Positions 59,879 to 64,000 of a stretch of 64,000 nucleotides of DNA are shown here, one piece after another (position 1 is the stretch's first letter; each line of letters begins with the position of its first letter). Origin of the DNA: an uncultured virus (IMG/VR IMGVR_UViG_3300025635_000020) (Duplodnaviria > Heunggongvirae > Uroviricota > Caudoviricetes); the IMG/VR virus record IMGVR_UViG_3300025635_000020. One strand, given 5' to 3'. The notes under the pieces were generated by a model. That model was not told the DNA's origin. It ran no database searches and saw nothing but the letters and a program-made list of their open reading frames with translations. A program made the position numbers and the translations under genes.

Positions 59879-62344
59879 ACCAACACTGACTGCTACGTTA
59901 CCACCCGAGCTAACAATTGTTACATTTGACGTTCCTGAATTAATGTTTGACACGCTGGTTATAACACCAGTCAACAATGCCCCATTACCAAGAATATAAT
60001 TACCAGTGATATTGCCTGTGGCACTAATTAGACCAGCAGTTAGTACGTTACCACCTGTTACATTACCACTCAAACTTGCTGTAGTACCTGTGTGTGTTGT
60101 GGCATTGACATTGGCACCACCCAAGATGTTGCCACCAGTGATATTGCCTGTGGCACTGACTTGTCCAGCTGTGGTTAAATTGCCACCTGCTACATTGGCT
60201 GTAACAGTCAACGAGCTAAGTGTACCAACTGATGTAATATTAGGTTGAGCCGCTGAACTAACTGTGGCGGCGTAGCCTGTGGTATTAACACTCAATGTAC
60301 CTGTTACGTTGGCGGCAGGAATTGATGTTAGTCCGGCGCCAGAACCATTAAACTGACTACCAGTTATCTGTCCAGTGGCACTGATTAGACCAGCTGTTAG
60401 TACATTGCCGCCTGTGATATTACCAGTTGCTGTAACCAAACCAGCTGTGTCAATGTTGCCACCTGTGACATTACCAGTTGCTGTAATTAAACCAGCTGTG
60501 CTAATGTTTCCACTAATCACATTACCTTGAGCAGACACTACACCCAACACTGTCATAGTGTTAGAGTCTGTGTTATAAGTAAATCCTGCTACAGCACCAG
60601 CATTGCCGTTGGCATTGTACAACACTTGAGTATTAGAACCAGGAACAGTTAGATTACCAGTAATATTACCAGCAAAGTTACCAACAAAGTAACCAGCCGT
60701 GATAACATTGCCTGCGGCGCTGACTGTGCCTTGTGTGCGTAAATTACCACCGTCAATGTTACCAGATGCATTAACAGTGGCTGGAGCAAAAGTACCTGAA
60801 ACACTGAGATTGCCACCGCTGATATTAGCAGTGGTCACAATGTTACCTGTTGACGAAATTAGTCCAGCTGTTAATATATTACCACCAGTGACATTGCCTG
60901 TTGCGCTTACCAAACCACCTGTTAATAAATTTCCACCTGTCACATTACCAGTTGATGTAACACTTGTTAGTGTGCCAACACTTGTAATATTGGGTTGTGC
61001 ATTTGTGTAAACAGTACCAGCAACTAATGCATTTGCTACTTGTCCACTAACATTACCGCCACTTACACTATATGCTTCAATTGCAATATTAGCAAGACTT
61101 GCTAATGCACTATTACCACTATCTGTTGCATAATTTGAATTGGCTACCGTACCTGTTACATTGGCACCAGTAATCGCTGTTAACAATGATCCATTACCTA
61201 CAATATAGGATCCTGTGATATTACCAGTTGTAATAATGTTGGATGTGTTTGTTCCTGACGCTAGGTATGTGGCAACGTTTGAGTCGTCGTATGTAGCTGG
61301 TATACCAGTTGCAAAAGCTACGTTACCAAGAATATAATTACCTTGTACGTTGGCCGAAGTTGTAACGTTGCCAGCCAAAGCACCTAAATTACCTGTGTAC
61401 GTTGGCAAGTATGCAGCAACATTTGAGTCGCCATAACTTGCAGGAATGCCGGTCATGAACGCAGCATTACCTAAAACATATTGCCCGCTGACATTTCCAG
61501 TTGTGATAATATTGGCTGAGTTTGTTCCGCTGGCCAAATATGTGGCCACATCAGAGTTGGCGTAACCTGCCGGCAACCCAGTTAGTTGACTACCGTTACC
61601 AATTAAATAGTTTGCTGTTACATTACCAGCAACACTCATTCCAGTTGAAGAGAATTTGTAAACGTTGACTACGCCACCAATGTTGCCAACCACGTTGCCG
61701 TTGGCTATGGGAATATTAAATTCTGTTGTGCCGTTTTCTAATTTGCTGGCCGCGCCAACGTTTGAGCTGGCCACAACGCCAGTGAGCCCAGCGCCGTTAC
61801 CAATAAAGATACCGCCAGTTGTTTGAATGTTACCTGTTACATTAATTGAGTCTTGTGCCGTACCTTGGCTAACAAACGTACCACCTTCAGGGTTGGTGAT
61901 TGTAACTGCTGTGGCATTGGCGCTGATGGTGGCGCCTCCAAGATCAATTGTGGTTCCTGACAGATATAAGTCATTGAATCGCTGTGTTGGGCTACCAAGA
62001 TCATACGTGACGTTGGCCGCTGGTAAAATATTAGCTTTGACTGTGATTGTATTTGTGCCAAATACCGCAACATTTGAAGTTCCGCCAACGCCAACGGTGA
62101 CATTGCCACCAGAACTGACCACAGTGACATTAGAAGTTCCGTTATTGATGTTTGAACTTGTGGTAGCTACCCCAGTTAATAACGAACCATTACCAAGAAT
62201 ATATGTGCCACTAACGTTTCCTGTCGCAGTTACGTTACCAACCCCGACAATGTCACTACTGGTCAACGATAAATTATCACCGGCTGGCAGTTCTTGTATC
62301 TGGCCGGTACCTGAATTAACGATTAACGGGACTCTATTTGTCAT
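56135..62344 (-). CDS. 2069-aa Gly/Asn/Thr-repeat fibre protein
   Basis: Tandem SATGN(I/V)TGGN-type repeats, AQ(P/T)NITSVGTL modules, ends ALAIALG; TAAATA at 62364-62369. Confidence 0.85.
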   Translation of the reverse strand: MTNRVPLIVNSGTGQIQELPAGDNLSLTSSDIVGVGNVTATGNVSGTYILGNGSLLTGVATTSSNINNGTSNVTVVSSGGNVTVGVGGTSNVAVFGTNTITVKANILPAANVTYDLGSPTQRFNDLYLSGTTIDLGGATISANATAVTITNPEGGTFVSQGTAQDSINVTGNIQTTGGIFIGNGAGLTGVVASSNVGAASKLENGTTEFNIPIANGNVVGNIGGVVNVYKFSSTGMSVAGNVTANYLIGNGSQLTGLPAGYANSDVATYLASGTNSANIITTGNVSGQYVLGNAAFMTGIPASYGDSNVAAYLPTYTGNLGALAGNVTTSANVQGNYILGNVAFATGIPATYDDSNVATYLASGTNTSNIITTGNITGSYIVGNGSLLTAITGANVTGTVANSNYATDSGNSALASLANIAIEAYSVSGGNVSGQVANALVAGTVYTNAQPNITSVGTLTSVTSTGNVTGGNLLTGGLVSATGNVTGGNILTAGLISSTGNIVTTANISGGNLSVSGTFAPATVNASGNIDGGNLRTQGTVSAAGNVITAGYFVGNFAGNITGNLTVPGSNTQVLYNANGNAGAVAGFTYNTDSNTMTVLGVVSAQGNVISGNISTAGLITATGNVTGGNIDTAGLVTATGNITGGNVLTAGLISATGQITGSQFNGSGAGLTSIPAANVTGTLSVNTTGYAATVSSAAQPNITSVGTLSSLTVTANVAGGNLTTAGQVSATGNITGGNILGGANVNATTHTGTTASLSGNVTGGNVLTAGLISATGNITGNYILGNGALLTGVITSVSNINSGTSNVTIVSSGGNVAVSVGGTSNVAVFASTGEYVTGVISATGNTTGGNLLTSGLISATGNITGGNILGGANVNATTHTGTTVSVTGNITGGNISATNITGTLATAAQTNITSVGTLSSLTATGNITGGNLTTAGAVSALGVVSATGNVIGGNVVSAGAISAIGAIQAAAITATGNVNGGNLVTLGQVSAAGNITGQYILGNGALLSGIEAGTPTRIVNGTSEANIGVTGGNANISIGGTSNVVVYANTGVFVSGLESVTGNVIAGNLVTNGIASVAGNITGGNFVTSGAVVSTGNVSGGNFATLGQVQATGNVTGGNFNTAGSLSAAGNVLVTGNVSATGNVAGGNIVTPGLISATGNIQANNVSLTGFISATANVIGANLNTTGLVYATGNITGGNLITTGLVTVNGNVSSGNLITTGLMQSANLSATGNAVINGSLTVNGNVTYMNVTTLAVQDPIISMGRGPNDTPLVSDDGKSRGIDMFYYQSAQEKQAFIGWDDVAGKLFAAANVGVANEVVSVSQYGSFVVGTLEAANVSATVNVSTGSLTGTGQFSTTGNVVGANVNTGALSLSGNVISPLNVTGNITSGNIFTPGLISATGNITGGNILGGANVNATTHTGSTASLSGNVTGGNIITAGLVTAAGNVNGSNVSAGSGVFVGTNNTTRIEMTGDTTNPVIQANGSATAGLTFTSQGNGNVLFQRSGSVTEGINTGLKIEGYGNNYITIQSANNTPATIAAQSLLNANVDIAFAPKGAGNVTTGANLSVTGNITGSNLNGTSVSGTLITAAQTNITSVGTLTSLTVTGNIDGGNLSGTSIIGTLTTAAQTNITSVGTLSSLSATGNVTGGNINTPNLVSTNNMFASGYASAVGNVDGGNLNTTGLISASGSISSGANILAAGLISATSTITSAANITGGNILSGGSISAAGAITAVGNVTAPNFIGNLVGNVNAPGSNSQVIFNQAGILGTNAGLVYDYAANALTVGGAVATVNGGNLNISGSASVTGNIITAETANVSAGNVLSSTAVIATGNVVGGNINTAGVISATGNITGGNILGGANVNATLFTGTTVSVTGNITGGNILGGANVNATTHTGATVSVTGTITGGNIATDGTASATGNITGGNILTAGLISATGNITGGNVLGGANVNATLFTGTTVSMVGNVTGGNVIGTALVRGVTVSASGNVESGNVTTVGLVSATGNITGGNINAAGLSLSGNVVSALNMTTNITTTGNITAGNVSATGNINIAGQLAATIADATALAIALG

Positions 62345-62366
62345 TATCTTTTTCCAATTTTTATAT

Positions 62367-63209
62367 TTATGTGGTATACACTACTACATTTCCGCTGCTT
62401 CGAGTGCCAACATTGAAACTGTTATTACTTGCCAAGGGAACTGTAACCGGTGTTGTTCTTGTCCCTACCGTGAGAGTTCTTGTAAAAACAGTGTTACCAA
62501 TATAAATGTTTCCAGTGGCTCTAATATTGCCGCCTGTGACGTTGCCTACTGCGGTAAGTCCCGATGTGGTTACCACAACTACATTTGATACCCCACCAAT
62601 ACTGATGTTTGCATTGCCATTTGATGATCCAATGGCGACACTACTATTACCATTAAAAATTTGATCTGTTGAAGTAGAAATGCCAGTAAGTAATGCACCA
62701 TTACCAATAAAGTAATTGCCCGACCCGGCTGTAACGTTGCCATTTACAGAAATACCATTGGCTAAAAATTTTGCTACATTAGCAGTGCCGTTTACACTGA
62801 TTGTAACTGGTCCATTAATATCAGCAATTGTTACATTGCTGTTGGCGTTGAGTATTTGGCTACCAGCTGAAACGGTGATACCTGTTAGGCCAGCACCGTT
62901 ACCCTGAAAATAACCAGCATAAACTGTGTCATATCTGTAAGAAGGACTACCAAGATCAAATACTGCGTCAACTGATGGGCGCACAGAACTGTTGGTTACA
63001 ACATTGCCAATTCCGTTGCCTTGTAAAATTAAATTGCCGTTGGTACCATTTATTGAAATGGTATTATTGGCAATCACCACATTGCTGTCAACTGGACCAG
63101 CAGACCAAACTTGCGAAAAATTGTTGTTTACAGCTTCAAATGCAGTTCGTAACGATTCTCCAGTGCCATCATTGGCTGCTGCCCCGACGTCAATGATCTG
63201 TTGTGTCAT
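62367..63209 (-). CDS. baseplate-attached fibre protein with T4 gp9/gp10-type N-terminus
   Basis: IIDVGAAANDGTGESLRTAFEAVNNNF. Confidence 0.75.
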   Translation of the reverse strand: MTQQIIDVGAAANDGTGESLRTAFEAVNNNFSQVWSAGPVDSNVVIANNTISINGTNGNLILQGNGIGNVVTNSSVRPSVDAVFDLGSPSYRYDTVYAGYFQGNGAGLTGITVSAGSQILNANSNVTIADINGPVTISVNGTANVAKFLANGISVNGNVTAGSGNYFIGNGALLTGISTSTDQIFNGNSSVAIGSSNGNANISIGGVSNVVVVTTSGLTAVGNVTGGNIRATGNIYIGNTVFTRTLTVGTRTTPVTVPLASNNSFNVGTRSSGNVVVYTT

Positions 63210-63257
63210 AGGTAATCCAGTCCTCTAGTGTATTTACCAAAGGGCAAGGATTATGCT

Positions 63258-64000
63258 TTAACCAATTCGAGTGTAAGTTAGATAAGATCCTGATGGTACC
63301 GTTACATTTGCTGCGCTAGTTTGCGCTTGAATTGTCACGTTTGCATTGCCTGCGCTATAGATTGTACCAGTAATTCTCACAGTTCTAGCTGTAGTTCCCG
63401 TCATAACCTGTGTGGTTCCTGTGCTAGCCGAAGTAGTAGATGTGGCCATTGCAAAACCAGCGGTTGGGGTGGTCTGCGTTTCTAATGTATAATAACAGGT
63501 TCCTGCATCAAAATATGTGCTGAATGCTGTTGTAGTACCTCCTGTAGGAACTACTGGCATGTACGCTTCAAACTTATAACTTGATCCTGCTAAAGCCAAG
63601 AATGCAAGATTGCCCACATTGGCCATACTAGCTGAACTAATATCAACGGCAGTACTTTGCCAAACAATGTTTTCTACCCCAATGCCTGTACCAAACATAT
63701 TGCCGGTAACATTAGCATTGCCTAAAATAGCTGTAGCGGCCAACACTGATCCTGTGGCACTAACATTGCCTTGAGTTTCTAAGCCGCCACCTGCGTATAT
63801 ATTACCCGTGGCACTGACCTTGTTGTCACTGTTGATGTTGCCGCCACGAATGTTGCCAGTGGCTGAAATACCACTGGCGCTGCCACTTATCACACCCACG
63901 CTGATGATGTTGCCACCAGTAATGTTGCCAGTGATTGAAGCGTAGCCTGTGGCCACCACATTAGCACCCGAAACTAAATTGCCAGTTGCAGTAACCAATC
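63258..64000 (-). CDS. 3' part of another Gly/Asn-repeat fibre protein (start lies beyond the window)
   Basis: Open frame to the window edge with TGNITGGN repeats and a beta-rich C-terminal domain. Confidence 0.8.
   Translation of the reverse strand, partial: LVTATGNLVSGANVVATGYASITGNITGGNIISVGVISGSASGISATGNIRGGNINSDNKVSATGNIYAGGGLETQGNVSATGSVLAATAILGNANVTGNMFGTGIGVENIVWQSTAVDISSASMANVGNLAFLALAGSSYKFEAYMPVVPTGGTTTAFSTYFDAGTCYYTLETQTTPTAGFAMATSTTSASTGTTQVMTGTTARTVRITGTIYSAGNANVTIQAQTSAANVTVPSGSYLTYTRIG

Noticed and set aside
52536..62344. Diversity-generating retroelement or CRISPR array suggested by the repeats
   Set aside because: The repeats are in-frame coding modules without spacer periodicity or an evident adenine-specific mismatch pattern; no reverse transcriptase or cas gene was recognised in the window
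52915..63228. Many long plus-strand ORFs rich in LPPV/MLPV
   Set aside because: Antisense shadows of the Gly/Asn/Thr repeat fibre genes, whose codons rarely give stops on the opposite strand; no RBS or promoter support
1..64000. Stop-codon reassignment, as found in some large phages
   Set aside because: Core genes (terL, uvsX, sheath, tube) are full-length and densely packed under the standard code
1..64000. tRNA or other structured RNA genes
   Set aside because: Intergenic gaps are short and no cloverleaf was recognised by eye; a tRNAscan/Infernal run would be needed to exclude them formally

Overview
This window is a 64-kb segment of a large T4-like (contractile-tailed) dsDNA phage genome in the standard genetic code, mostly minus-strand. 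It holds core recombination/replication genes (uvsX, uvsY, gp32 SSB, dNMP kinase, a DEDD exonuclease) and packaging/virion genes (large and probable small terminase, gp4 head completion, two tube-like genes, sheath, neck gp13/gp14/gp15, baseplate and fibre genes). It also carries a large set of tailoring enzymes: about 8 glycosyltransferase-like genes (4 KpsC/KpsS-like paralogues), 2 methyltransferases, a nucleotidyltransferase-cupin fusion, 5 radical SAM enzymes, 3 Fe/2OG-cupin-like proteins, an SDR, a sulfotransferase-like protein and 2 SGNH-like proteins. Many of these are wedged between core genes, and several sit behind TAAATA late-promoter motifs. The right end encodes very long Gly/Asn/Thr-rich fibre proteins dense in N-x-S/T sequons. 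The main hypothesis, which is inference only, is a phage-encoded late glycan synthesis/decoration system acting on virion fibres or the host surface. Other notable signals: three MRAREF-motif paralogues clustered with an Ntn hydrolase, a GATase and a signal-peptide nuclease; a GIY-YIG endonuclease at the gp15 start, with an apparent ATT start and a relic of the old start; many apparently leaderless late genes; and hairpins that occlude late start sites. No tRNA, rRNA or CRISPR array was recognised. All product calls come from motif recognition by eye, not database searches.
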